DNA of 62,989 nt, filler included, from Octopus bimaculoides (GCF_001194135.2; 6 parts of 6 records of this genome joined end to end with filler, not necessarily neighbours in it), one strand, 5' to 3'. Counted from the whole stretch's first letter, positions 11,966-21,895 are shown. The notes: generated by a model from the sequence alone, not told the origin. Numbers and translations: made by a program.

Positions 11966-12021
11966 TCACATACATATGTATACAAGATTAAAACGTAGGA
12001 TTAAACTTCTATACTCACCAT
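319..12021 (-). CDS. COPB2: Coatomer subunit beta' (beta'-COP/Sec27), 5' part, spliced: join(12019-12021,10187-10324,8686-8772,7576-7702,6844-6992,5963-6109,5076-5175,4148-4290,3361-3560,2450-2649,636-742,319-462); 515 codons, 3' exons lie left of the window
   Basis: All 11 internal introns are GT..AG and exon phases join into one open frame (3+138+87+127+149+147+100+143+200+200+107+144=1545 nt). Translation [24 protein letters not shown]...GIEEAFD matches the beta'-COP WD40 sequence as I recall it. Residues R17, K19, R61, D100, R103 and D119 correspond to the dilysine-cargo-binding residues of yeast Sec27 (offset +2). Confidence 0.98.
636..742 (-). CDS. COPB2: COPB2 exon 11 (107 nt)
   Basis: CAG|GT...CAT|GTGAGT; [36 protein letters not shown]. 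Confidence 0.97.
845..1325 (-). mobile_element. Family F element ending AAAGGGTT(AA), possibly a piggyBac-like MITE, interrupted by a family D copy
   Basis: Similar to 10490-10660, 24870-24985, 8140-8300 and 3750-3845; superfamily inferred only from TTAA-CCCTTT ends. Confidence 0.5.
903..1195 (-). mobile_element. Family D retroposon
   Basis: (CAT)n-CGTTTGACGTCCGCTTTCCATGCTAGCATGGGTTGG...GGATGCCCTTCCTAACGCCAACCAC. Confidence 0.8.
1436..2303 (+). mobile_element. Family D copies with an internal ~25-bp tandem array (1540-1865), interrupted by a hAT MITE
   Basis: D core at 1460-1535 and 1868-1985; repeat unit GGCACCYGTGCCRGTGACACRTAAAA; D 3' end resumes at 2257. Confidence 0.75.
1986..2256. mobile_element. 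hAT (Buster/Charlie-type) MITE, 271 bp
   Basis: Perfect 16-bp TIRs CAGGGGTTTTCAAACT; perfect 8-bp TSD GTCTAACC (1978-1985, 2257-2264) with central TA. Confidence 0.92.
2450..2649 (-). CDS. COPB2: COPB2 exon 10 (200 nt)
   Basis: CAG|A...G|GTCAGT; [67 protein letters not shown]. Confidence 0.97.
2774..3160 (-). mobile_element. SINE family A (tRNA-like head, internal TA/TG microsatellite, AAAAGAG tail), near-intact, COPB2 intron 9
   Basis: Reverse complement is closely similar to 9708-10091 and 24449-24862. Confidence 0.9.
3361..3560 (-). CDS. COPB2: COPB2 exon 9 (200 nt)
   Basis: TAG|CTT...AG|GTTGGT; [66 protein letters not shown]. Confidence 0.97.
3860..4035 (-). mobile_element. SINE family B
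   Basis: AAGGATGAA.GGCAAAGTC.ACC..GCGGAATTTGAACTCAGAACG motif shared with many copies. Confidence 0.8.
4148..4290 (-). CDS. COPB2: COPB2 exon 8 (143 nt)
   Basis: TAG|GA...AAG|GTAAG; [48 protein letters not shown]. Confidence 0.97.
4552..4950 (-). mobile_element. Family D retroposon with internal ~65-bp repeats, COPB2 intron 7
   Basis: (CAT)n end, GGATGCCCTTCCTA core, repeated TTTATGTGCCACCGGCAC units. Confidence 0.8.
5076..5175 (-). CDS. COPB2: COPB2 exon 7 (100 nt)
   Basis: TAG|AAC...G|GTAAG; [33 protein letters not shown]. Confidence 0.97.
5261..5613 (+). mobile_element. SINE family A, COPB2 intron 6
   Basis: GTGTGGTAAGAAGCTTGCTTCCCAACCACATGGTTC head to GACTGAAACAAGTAAAAGA tail. Confidence 0.85.
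5659..5811 (-). mobile_element. Family D 3' fragment
   Basis: Nearly identical to 903-1050. Confidence 0.8.
5963..6109 (-). CDS. COPB2: COPB2 exon 6 (147 nt)
   Basis: TAG|GTG...CAG|GTAAAG; [49 protein letters not shown]. Confidence 0.97.
6181..6616. mobile_element. Two family A 3' halves in inverted orientation, COPB2 intron 5
   Basis: 6181-6390 is reverse-complementary to 6400-6616. Confidence 0.85.
6663..6800. repeat. Minisatellite, about 4 copies of a ~35-40-bp unit
   Basis: AAAAGCACATGTGGYGATACACACAC(A/C)n repeated. Confidence 0.85.
6844..6992 (-). CDS. COPB2: COPB2 exon 5 (149 nt)
   Basis: CAG|AT...AAG|GTAG; [50 protein letters not shown]. Confidence 0.97.
7576..7702 (-). CDS. COPB2: COPB2 exon 4 (127 nt)
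   Basis: CAG|GAT...G|GTGAGT; [42 protein letters not shown]. Confidence 0.97.
8318..8465 (-). mobile_element. Family D fragment
   Basis: CATCGTTTAACGTCC...CCATGCTGGCATGGGTTGGAC...GGCTGGATGCCCTTC. Confidence 0.75.
8686..8772 (-). CDS. COPB2: COPB2 exon 3 (87 nt)
   Basis: CAG|CAA...TCT|GTAAG; [29 protein letters not shown]. Confidence 0.97.
9708..10091 (+). mobile_element. SINE family A, full length, COPB2 intron 2
   Basis: Head GTAGGCGCAGGAGTGGCT..GGTTCCGGGTTCAGTCCC to tail GTAAAAGAG; imperfect flanking repeat GAGTATTC(GC)AGTAGG. Confidence 0.9.
10187..10324 (-). CDS. COPB2: COPB2 exon 2 (138 nt)
   Basis: CAG|CCT...CAG|GTAAG; [46 protein letters not shown]. Confidence 0.97.
10490..10660 (-). 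mobile_element. Family F element (TTAA-CCCTTT end)
   Basis: Ends GGTTTAAATACTAAAGGGTTAA; homologous to 1200-1325 and 24870-24985. Confidence 0.6.
10874..11125 (+). mobile_element. Old composite SINE-like element, COPB2 intron 1
   Basis: A-box-like TGGCCGAATGG, family-A-like core (10994-11031), family-C-like 3' part (11034-11121). Confidence 0.45.
12019..12021 (-). CDS. COPB2: COPB2 exon 1, coding part (ATG only)
   Basis: Minus strand reads AATAATG|GTGAGT. Exon 2 starts in phase 0 with CCT (Pro2), so a lone upstream ATG is required. Confidence 0.85.
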
Positions 12022-12039
12022 TATTTAGTGTATATGCCG

Positions 12040-12220
12040 GGAGCCAGAGTGTACGGAAGGTATGCAATATACTTCTATGTTGATAAATATATATTATATT
12101 TCTAAGAGGATATATTTGTAAAAGAGTAGAAGTTCACCGTAGAGTTGTCACTCCACCCTACGTGGCTATTATGACTCTAGACCGGAACAGGAAATACAAT
12201 GTTGCAGTAACGTGTCGGCA
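12040..12220 (-). promoter_or_regulatory. Probable COPB2 proximal promoter / 5'UTR region
   Basis: Non-repetitive sequence immediately upstream of exon 1, with GCCACGT on the minus strand (12160-12166) and ETS-like CCGGAA and CAGGAAAT (12181-12195). TSS not determinable. Confidence 0.4.
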
Positions 12221-13294
12221 GTGTTACAAATGAAAATACAAATACGTAACAAGGAAATCTGTCAGAATAATTAAAGAAATAGTTTTGCATTTTATTTTTT
12301 TATATATATATAAATAAATTGATAGGAATTTGTCCTTGTTCATCCATCCGTCCATAGAACAAGCGATGGAAAAGAAAAAAAAACTTACAAAGCTTTACAG
12401 TCTAAAATCATGACAGGTTAAGTGAAATAATTCTCTTATTTATAATTCGATTCGCATCTAGGAGGAGTTATAAGAATATGATTATAAACTTCAGCACATT
12501 ATTCTTACTTTACTTTATTGATACAAAAAGATGAAAAAAAAGGAGTTGAAAGTAGGCAAATTCTAAGCCTAAGATGTAACATCGAAAAACCGAAACGGCG
12601 AAATGAACTACATACAACTGGCTCTGATCATGAAAATTATATATATATATCGCGTAATATAGTCACTGCATAGCATATATAAAATAAATATCGTTTAATG
12701 TACATGCATTCATATATAAATTACGGGGTGGTTCCGCTAATATATAAATATATGGCAAATGATATCTCTTCTAACATGGATTCTAATTTATAGAGGTCGT
12801 GTTGTCTTAAATATACTGTTACTGGGTGATCACGGCTGGAACGCTTTTGGTTATTTCCTACTATATCAGGTTATTGAATCGCGAGTAATATTTGTTGGAG
12901 TTTCGAAAATGCTGAAACGAAATGCATTTCTCCATTTCGATTTTCATCTTAATTTTTAAAATCATACTTTCGTTACAATGGGCTCTTAAAGGAAGTTTAA
13001 CCGATATTTCGATCTAAGATCAGAATTTTAAATGTAACTCTTTAATAGCGGTGGTTTCATGCCGTGTTGATTTAATAGACAAAATAACCAGAAGTCTAAT
13101 ATAAATGTTTAAAAAATAGGAATGGATAGCAGTAAGCCCATTAAAGTCGTTCCCCTTTATATACAATTTGTACCACTTACACATTGACACTGAGAAGCAC
13201 AGAAAAATAAGGGCCAACTAATAATGTAACGAATTCAATAAAATAGCTGAATGTGAAGATCATTTGAAGCTGAATTACGGACGTTTATGTGGTC

Positions 13295-13650
13295 ATTTTG
13301 TCTAGTTGTGTGGTTACGCAGTTTACTTAGCAACAAGTGGGTCCGCACTCAATCCCACTTGTTGCGAGGCACAATGAGCCCCCGACCCCACTCTCTCTCT
13401 CTCTTCAGTCTCAGTGGTATTTTGGCCAAACGTCTTTCGCTAAAGCTCCGGTCCGACTAAAAGCCTCGTTAGCAGATTCGGTTGAAGGAAACTGAATGAA
13501 GCCGGTCGCGCGTGTGTGTGTTAGTGTGTCCTGTCCAACTGGTGCTGGTTTATTTACGTCCATAGAACCAGGCTTAAAAAACAGTTACTGAAGTCGACTT
13601 GTTCGACTAAACATATCATAACCGCACGCTAACGACTGAAATAAATAGAA
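13295..13650 (+). mobile_element. Degenerate SINE family A
   Basis: CCGACTAAAAGCCTCGTTAGCAGATTCGGTTGAAGGAAACTG core and GACTGAAATAAATAGAAGA tail. Confidence 0.6.
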
Positions 13651-14778
13651 GAAAAAAAGATATGAGCTGACGTGTAGAATAATCATATTCTCTATTTCGA
13701 AAATTTCTTTCAATTTCCAAGTTTTGGAGCTTTTTCGTTTAAGCGTGACAGCTTGCTTTTTTTTTCATTTAAGCGTGACAGAACAAGCACGCACACAGGG
13801 GTTTTGCGTGACAGCTAAAATATTTTTCGTTTAAGCGTGACAACTAAAATATGTTTACTAAGAAATGAAAATTGAAGCAAAAATACTAACAAAACGTATT
13901 CTATTTTTTAAAAATTATAGATTATAAGCATCTCTCACACCAATCAAAAGATTCTGGAACGGATCATCATTAAATTGATATCGCTACATAAATTCAACCA
14001 AGTAACTATAAAGACATGTCCTTGCTGTTCCAATTTCTCTTTTATTCTGTTTTGGTCAAGCAACTCTCTCCTCGGTCAAACGCTTAAATGAAAAAGCAAG
14101 CTCAAGCGAAAAAGTGCCCAAGTNNNNNNNNNNNNNNNNNNNNNNNNNNNNNNNNNNNNNNNNNNNNNNNNNNNNNNNNNNNNNNNNNNNNNNNNNNNNN
14201 NNNNNNNNNNNNNNNNNNNNNNNNNNNNNNNNNNNNNNNNNNNNNNNNNNNNNNNNNNNNNNNNNNNNNNNNNNNNNNNNNNNNNNNNNNNNNNNNNNNN
14301 NNNNNNNNNNNNNNNNNNNNNNNNNNNNNNNNNNNNNNNNNNNNNNNNNNNNNNNNNNNNNNNNNNNNNNNNNNNNNNNNNNNNNNNNNNNNNNNNNNNN
14401 NNNNNNNNNNNNNNNNNNNNNNNNNNNNNNNNNNNNNNNNNNNNNNNNNNNNNNNNNNNNNNNNNNNNNNNNNNNNNNNNNNNNNNNNNNNNNNNNNNNN
14501 NNNNNNNNNNNNNNNNNNNNNNNNNNNNNNNNNNNNNNNNNNNNNNNNNNNNNNNNNNNNNNNNNNNNNNNNNNNNNNNNNNNNNNNNNNNNNNNNNNNN
14601 NNNNNNNNNNNNNNNNNNNNNNNNNNNNNNNNNNNNNNNNNNNNNNNNNNNNNNNNNNNNNNNNNNNNNNNNNNNNNNNNNNNNNNNNNNNNNNNNNNNN
14701 NNNNNNNNNNNNNNNNNNNNNNNNNNNNNNNNNNNNNNNNNNNNNNNNNNNNNNNNNNNNNNNNNNNNNNNNNNNNNN

Positions 14779-14975
14779 TAGCATGCCAGGCAAAATGCTT
14801 AGTGGTATTTCATCCATCTTTAAGTTCTGAGTTCAAATTTTGTTGAGGTTGACTTTTCCTTTCATCCTTTTGGGGTCAGTAAATAAAGTACCAGTTACAT
14901 ACTGGGTTGATCTAATCGACTGTCCCCCCCCCCACACAAAAAAATTCCAGGCCTCCTGTCTAGAGTAGTAAAGAT
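14779..14975 (+). mobile_element. SINE family B (5' end in gap)
   Basis: TTCTGAGTTCAAAT...GACTTT.CCTTTCATCCTTT.GGGGTC..TAAATAAAGTACCAGTT. Confidence 0.8.
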
Positions 14976-15658
14976 TATTATTGGATATGTATGTATGTAG
15001 GTATGTATGTATGTATGCATGTATGTATGATTTTTCTTTGAGTTCTTCGTGAGAGAATTCAAGCCAGTCTCTAACAAAGGGACAAGACTTTTTGAAATAA
15101 GAGAGTTCCTGTTGTTTGTAAATATGTTGTCAAATTGGTAACTTCTGGACATCTTTTGAGATGCTGATGATACAGGGGACATCTTCCACACCATATTGGT
15201 ATGGCATAGCCAACACTTTCTACCACAACATGGAGGTCTAGAGACATCCTGAACTCTCTCTAACTGTAGCACAGTGATATCTTCCACACCACACTGGTGC
15301 AGCATAGTCAACATTTTCTACCACAACATGGGAGCTAGTGCCACATAAAAATACTACACTGGTGCTACATAAATTTACCCATGCCAGTGCTGTGTAAAAC
15401 TACCTAGTCTACTCTGTAAAGTGGTTGGTGTTAGGAAGGGCATCCAGCTGTAGAAACCATGCCAAGACAGACATGGATCCTGAACAGCCCTTCAGCTGGC
15501 CAGCTCCTGTCAAACCGAACATCTCATGCCAGCATGGAAAACGGACGTTAAATAATGGTGATGATGGTGGTGATGGTGAACGTAGAGGTCTAGAGGCATC
15601 CTTATTTCTCTTGTTGATCAAGTATTTTGTAGCAATCCCCTGTTCCAGGATAGCAAAT

Positions 15659-16254
15659 GTGTTGTTGTTGGCACTCCGTCGCTTACGACGTCGAGGGTTC
15701 CAGNNNNNNNNNNNNNNNNNNNNNNNNNNNNNNNNNNNNNNNNNNNNNNNNNNNNNNNNNNNNNNNNNNNNNNNNNNNNNNNNNNNNNNNNNNNNNNNNN
15801 NNNNNNNNNNNNNNNNNNNNNNNNNNNNNNNNNNNNNNNNNNNNNNNNNNNNNNNNNNNNNNNNNNNNNNNNNNNNNNNNNNNNNNNNNNNNNNNNNNNN
15901 NNNNNNNNNNNNNNNNNNNNNNNNNNNNNNNNNNNNNNNNNNNNNNNNNNNNNNNNNNAAACACTCACAATGCCCGGTCTGGGAATCGAAACCGCGATCC
16001 TATGACCGTGAGTCCACTGTACTCTTCCACCACAACTTTCTCTCACTCTTACTTCCTGTTTCTGTTGTGCTTGTAATTCAAAGGGTCAGCCTTGTCACAC
16101 TGTGTCACGCTGAATATCCCCGAGAACTACGTTAAGGGTACACGTGTCTGTGGAGTGCTCAGCCACTTGCACGTTAATTTCACGAGCAGGCTGTTCCGTT
16201 GATCGGATCAACTGGAACCCTCGACGTCGTAAGTGACGGAGTGCCAACAACAAC
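15659..16254. mobile_element. SINE family C, two copies fused in inverted orientation across a gap
   Basis: Minus-strand tail 15659-15703 and head part 15959-16019; plus-strand body and tail 16017-16254. Confidence 0.8.
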
Positions 16255-17289
16255 AGGATATATATATCTATGCATAACTTTCTGTGACCTTAGTCACAAT
16301 TTATGTTCTTATCACTAGCTTAATGATAACTAAGTTATTTTACTAAATTCTTTGTTATATTTAAAGTAATCGAAAGAAACACAGTGCATCTCAACAGAAA
16401 TACAGTAATGAAAGGGTTAATGTCTACTGAAATAGTCCTTTGTCGTTGTAGTTTTACTAACAGCAACAACATATGCAATACTCTTATTGATTCCAAAGTG
16501 TTTGTAATAGCCATAACTGATAATAGGAGAGATAGATAAGCCATTGATATTCATATTCCTAGTCTGGTTGACTATTTTACCTCTTTTGACTACCAAATAT
16601 GGACACTTATAGATGCAGGCATGGCTGTCCCACAGCGTGACACCTTGGACAACTGTCTTCTATTATAGCCTGAAGCCGACCAAAACCTTAGGAGTGGATT
16701 TGGTAGATGGAAACTGAAAGAATCTCGTTGGACGTTAAATGATAATGACAAGGATGATGATGTCACCTTGGAATATTCCTGTTGGTCGCTTAATTCTGTA
16801 AGTGACTTCAGTTCTTATTGATAGCTCTGAGGACCAGGTTCTCGTCATCTCTCAATGGCATTGACTATAGCAGTTTGGGAACTTTGGAAAGCATAGTGAC
16901 TCTGTTATCCGGAGGCTTGAAGTTCTAATCACTGACAGCCCAGATATACCACTTCAGGCTCAGCTGACCGAAACACAAGAGCAGGAGGTATTTAACCCCT
17001 TTTACCAGTATAAACTATAACCCACCTGTGTTGGTCATGCAAACCCAATAGTAATCCAACACCATCAAATTTGGTTATTTCCATATAAAAACTGCTGCCG
17101 CTAATGTATTCACACTCCACTGAATAATGACTGAGTGACTGATGTATGCCAACATCTTTACCTCACCATGTGTAGTACTCAATACAAGGAACTGATGCCA
17201 CTGAATACACTAAACTACAGCCTGTGCAAGTATCCTACCAACATCCTGTCTGAACACATGGACCTAAAAATATAGACTGTTATTCCTCT

Positions 17290-18300
17290 CCATCCAATTT
17301 TTCCTAATTTTGGTCAGTCTTGGTGGTCATTTGACCACTTGACATCTGCTATCCTTTATCTTGTTGTCTAGCTGTCTCTACATGCACCCCTTAACCTCTC
17401 TCAACTAGCACATCCCAACTATATTGACTAGTATGTATCTATTCTACTACACCCACCTTGTCTGTTTTTCCTCCTGACTATAATATAATATTCCTCGTCT
17501 ACTCTCATTCATTCTCTATCCAAAACTGGAACTGATAACTTCCAATATTCCTCACCGTAAGGCGGCGAGCTGGCAGAAACGTTAGCACACCGGGCGAAAT
17601 GCTTAGCGGTATTTCGTCTGCCGTTATGTTCTGAGTTCAAATTCCACTGAAGTTGACTTTGCCTTTCATCCTTTCAGGGTCGATTAAATAAGTACCAGTT
17701 ATGCACTGGGGTCGATATAATCGATTTAATCCGTTTGTCTGTCCTTGTTTGTCCCCTCTGTGTGTAGCCCCTTGTGGGCAATAAAGAAATAAGAATCGTT
17801 AGCACACTGGACGAAATGTTTAGCGGTATTTCACCTGTTGCTACGTTTTGAGTTCAAATTCCGCCGAGGTCAACTTTGCCTTTCATCCTTTCGGGGTTGA
17901 TATAATAAGTACCAGTTGAACACTGAGGTCGATCTAATCGATTCATCTCCTCCCCCTACATTGCTGCCCTTGTGGCAAAATTTGAAACCATAATTTCTCA
18001 CCATGAATTATCATCAAACATCCTCATCTGAAGCTGCCATTGAACATTACCTATAACTGTATTTCTCATTTGATCATGGATCTACTTAGTGTTTTCCTAT
18101 TTTATTCTGATCCTTCCCTCATTCTCGACAAAATGAAATGCACCAATATCCTTGATTGGAGACTTTCCCTTGCTTTTACATCTCTCCAACTTCTCCCTCT
18201 CTGATGATTACATACTCAGCCAATGGAATCTTCATTCAATATAATGACCTACCTGTTTGACTGTTCTAGAAACATCTGTAAGAGACTCTGTATATCCATA
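17290..18300 (-). pseudogene. Highly decayed RTE-like LINE ORF2 3' fragments, split by two family B SINEs
   Basis: Frameshifted translation near 17300-17550 (RRKTDKVGVVE..SWDV..VHVETARQQDKG) loosely resembles RTE C-termini. Confidence 0.35.
17560..17992 (+). mobile_element. Two tandem family B SINEs (17560-17792, 17793-17992)
   Basis: GGCGGCGAGCTGGCAGAAACGTTAGCAC head; second copy begins GAATCGTTAGCAC. Confidence 0.88.
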
Positions 18301-18559
18301 TTCTCCATCTAAATTAAATAAATATCTTTTCAAGTGATGCCAAACAATTTGCCTTTTCTTTTTTAATTTAATCCTTATATATAAATATATATATATATAT
18401 AATTATAAATATGTAGGGATCAGCAGGAGTTGCTTCACCAACATACTGAAAATTTAGAAATAGCAGTTAAAAAACTACTAATTCTAACTACAATTGTTAA
18501 TTATTAATTTATTAATTAATTGGCAATTCCCTGCCCTATATCGATATATATATATATAT

Positions 18560-18730
18560 ATATGTATCTTTTATTTTTACTTGAGTCATTAGACTGTGGC
18601 CATGCTGGAGTATCACCTTGCAGAATTTTAGTCAAATAAATCAACTCCAGTACTTATTTTTTTAAAGCCTGGTACTTAATTCTTATCAGTCTCTTTTGCT
18701 AAACTATTAAGTNNNNNNNNNNTATATATT

Positions 18731-18765
<35 letters not shown>

Positions 18766-18935
18766 ATATATATATGACAGGCTTCTTTCAGTTTTCAGTT
18801 TCTGTCTCCCAAATCTACTCACAAGGCTTTGGTTGGCCCAAGGCTATAGTAGAGAAAACTTGCCAAATGTGCCATGCAGTGGGATTGAACCTGGAACCAT
18901 GTTGTTGGGAAGCAAACTTCTTACTACATTGCCAT
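18560..18935 (-). mobile_element. SINE family A
   Basis: Tail TTTTACTTGAGTCATTAGACTGTGGCCATGCTGG; core CCAAATCTACTCACAAGGCTTTGG. Confidence 0.75.
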
Positions 18936-18969
18936 ACCAATATCATGTTTAATAATTATATGTCTCTTA

Positions 18970-19185
18970 GGTGGCGATCTGGCAGAATCGTTAGCATGCC
19001 GGGCGAAATGCTTAGCGGTATTTCGTCTGTCTTTACATTCTGAGTTCAAATTCCACTGAGGTCAACTTTGCCTTTCATCCTTTCAGGGTCAATAAATTAA
19101 GTACCAGTTGCGTACTGGGGATGATCTAATCAATTGGCCCTGTCCCTTAAAATTTCAGGACTTGTGCCTAAAGTAGAAAAGAATA
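18970..19185 (+). mobile_element. SINE family B
   Basis: GGTGGCGATCTGGCAGAATCGTTAGCATGCCGGGCGAAATGCTTAGCGG... Confidence 0.85.
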
Positions 19186-19377
19186 ATTATACGTCTCTAA
19201 TGATTTGAGAGTAAGTGTTGATTATATAAATTGTATCATATAACTAATTACCACCTTATGTTAATGAAATTAACAAGTAAGCTAATATGATTGCATATCT
19301 TATAAAACAATATCTCATGTTTTCTTTTCTTTTCTATATTTATAAAGATACAAAAACACACCTACATTTGTATACAT

Positions 19378-20277
19378 ATAGGAATTTCTTGCCAAGTTTC
19401 ATGGAGTAATCTCAAAAGATCTGGCTTTGAGGATGCTTTCCTTTTCTTGTTATGAAGTGTTCTGTCCATTATGCCCCAGAGGTGTTCAATAGAGTTCATA
19501 TCTGGTGACTGGTTTGGCTATGGAAGCTTTTTAATGCCATTCTCATCCAACAAATCTTGGGGCTTTTCAGCAATGTGACAAGGAATCACATCTTCCATAA
19601 ATAAAGAGTCTTCTTTAATCATTTCACTATTGGAGAAAATTGGAAGGAGTCCTTCCTGCAATATGGACACATATTTATCAGAGTTTCTGTTTCTGTCACA
19701 CTCCACCAGCTCTGATCGACCATTGCTCCAAATTGCTCCTGAGACATCACAGAATAGTTGTCATGTTTCATTGTTGGCTGCAATCTTTTCATGTCAAATT
19801 ATTGATCACAGAGTCTATAGACCCACACTTAATCACTGTCAGAAAATAGAGAAAATCTGAACTCATCAGAGAATATGACAGTGTCCCAAAATGCTAGTGG
19901 CCTTCTCAACATTTCACTCGCTCAATCTTTTCTCCACTTGATATTGGCTAGTTGAAGAAGTAGCTTCCTTCTTGCTGCTCTGCCAGAGTAACCAAGTTTG
20001 TGGAGATACCTGACAGCTGTTCTCGGACTGATATCAACTTGTTCTGCTATGTCAGAGGCCTTGCAATGAGGATTATCCTCTTAACAAAGCAAAGAGTCCT
20101 GTCAGAGGGCTCTGGTCGACCTGGCTGAGGTGATGTGGACTCCTACCCCTCTCTGGTGAATTGCACAATCACTCTATTAACTGTAGAAAATGGGATGCCA
20201 AGGTTTTCTGCGATTTTATGCTAAATACAGCCTCTTTGAAATTCAGACAGTTCCTAGGCTTCTTTTGTATGTAGCAT
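19378..20277 (-). pseudogene. Tc1 (DD34E) transposase pseudogene
   Basis: ATG at 20277; ELSEFQRGC, KIAENLGIPFSTVNRVIVQF (HTH), FWDTVIFSDEFRF, FMEDVIPCH, SPDMNSIEHLW with 34 residues between D2 and E; several stops and frameshifts. Confidence 0.9.
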
Positions 20278-20479
20278 TATTAAGCAGTTACATTTAGAAC
20301 CTGAAACATAATTAATAAAAAAAATACAAACCATTTCAAATTAAAATAAACATAAAACGATGTTCTCTGATGCGTCTATTTACTTCTGTCATGTTGATGT
20401 GTATATATAAATGCGTGGGTTTTTGTGCCAAGGGACATAACTCTTAACGGAACCCTTGCTCATTTTTTTGTTTGTTTGA

Positions 20480-20830
20480 AGAAATCGACCCCAGGACTTA
20501 TACTTTGTAAGCCTAGAACTTATTCTATTGGGCTCTTTTGTCAAACTGCTAAGTTACAGTGAGATAAACACACCAGCATCAGTTGTCAGGTGATGGTAGG
20601 GGGACAAACACACACACACACACACATATACATACATACACACACATATATGTAAATATAAATATAGATATATATATATGATGGGCTTCTTCCAGTTTCC
20701 GTCTACCAAATCCACTCACAAGGCTTTGGTCGGTCCGAGGCTATAGCAGAAGACACTTGCTGAAGGTGCCATGCAATGGGAATGAGCCTGGAACCAAGTG
20801 GTTGGGAAGCAAGCTTCTTACCGCACAGCT
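20480..20830 (-). mobile_element. SINE family A
   Basis: ATCGACCCCAGGACTTA...CCAAATCCACTCACAAGGCTTTGGTCGG. Confidence 0.8.
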
Positions 20831-20842
20831 ATGCTCGCACCT

Positions 20843-20874
<32 letters not shown>

Positions 20875-20907
20875 GTATGTTTGTGTGTATATATGTATAT
20901 ATGTATA

Positions 20908-20948
<41 letters not shown>

Positions 20949-21509
20949 CAGNNNNNNNNNNNNNNNNNNNNNNNNNNNNNNNNNNNNNNNNNNNNNNNNN
21001 NNNNNNNNNNNNNNNNNNNNNNNNNNNNNNNNNNNNNNNNNNNNNNNNNNNNNNNNNNNNNNNNNNNNNNNNNNNNNNNNNNNNNNNNNNNNNNNNNNNN
21101 NNNNNNNNNNNNNNNNNNNNNNNNNNNNNNNNNNNNNNNNNNNNNNNNNNNNNNNNNNNNNNNNNNNNNNNNNNNNNNNNNNNNNNNNNNNNNNNNNNNN
21201 NNNNNNNNNNNNNNNNNNNNNNNNNNNNNNNNNNNNNNNNNNNNNNNNNNNNNNNNNNNNNNNNNNNNNNNNNNNNNNNNNNNNNNNNNNNNNNNNNNNN
21301 NNNTGATTTGTTCAATGACTGAAAAAAGTGTAAGAATGAAAAAAAAAAGGTATTCATATCTGAAGTATTTTTTGTTTGTCATGATATGTGATTCCGTGTT
21401 GCACTTTAAACAAAACAAAACAAATCCTTTTACTGTGAAATTAAACTTCATGATTATTTCAGTAATGATGTTAAATATATAACAAAAGAAAAAAAAGGAA
21501 AAATTGAAT

Positions 21510-21895
21510 TGATGTGGGTCTGTGTGGTAAGAAGCTTGCTTCTCAACGACGTGGTTCTGGGTTCAATTTCACTGTGTGGCACCTCGGGCAAGTGTCTTCT
21601 ACTATAGCCTCGGGTCGACCAAAGCCTTGAGTGGATTTGGTAGATGGAAACTGAAAGAAGCCTGTTGTACATGTGTGTGTGTGTGTGTGCGTGCGTATCT
21701 GTGTTTGTCCCTTACCACAGCTTGACAACCAGTGTTGGTGTATTTACATTTCTGTAACATAGCAATTTGGCAAAAGAAACCGACAGAATATGCACCAGGC
21801 TAAAAAAGGAAATTAGTTCTAGGGTCACTAAGTTTGACTAAAATTCCTCAAGTTGGTGCCCCAGTATGGCCACAGTCTAATGTCTGAAACAAACA
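21510..21895 (+). mobile_element. SINE family A
   Basis: GTGTGGTAAGAAGCTTGCTTCTCAAC head to GTCTGAAACAAACAAAAG tail. Confidence 0.8.

Noticed and set aside
12700-13260. Divergent gene sharing the COPB2 promoter
   Set aside because: No recognisable coding motif or consistent exon chain.
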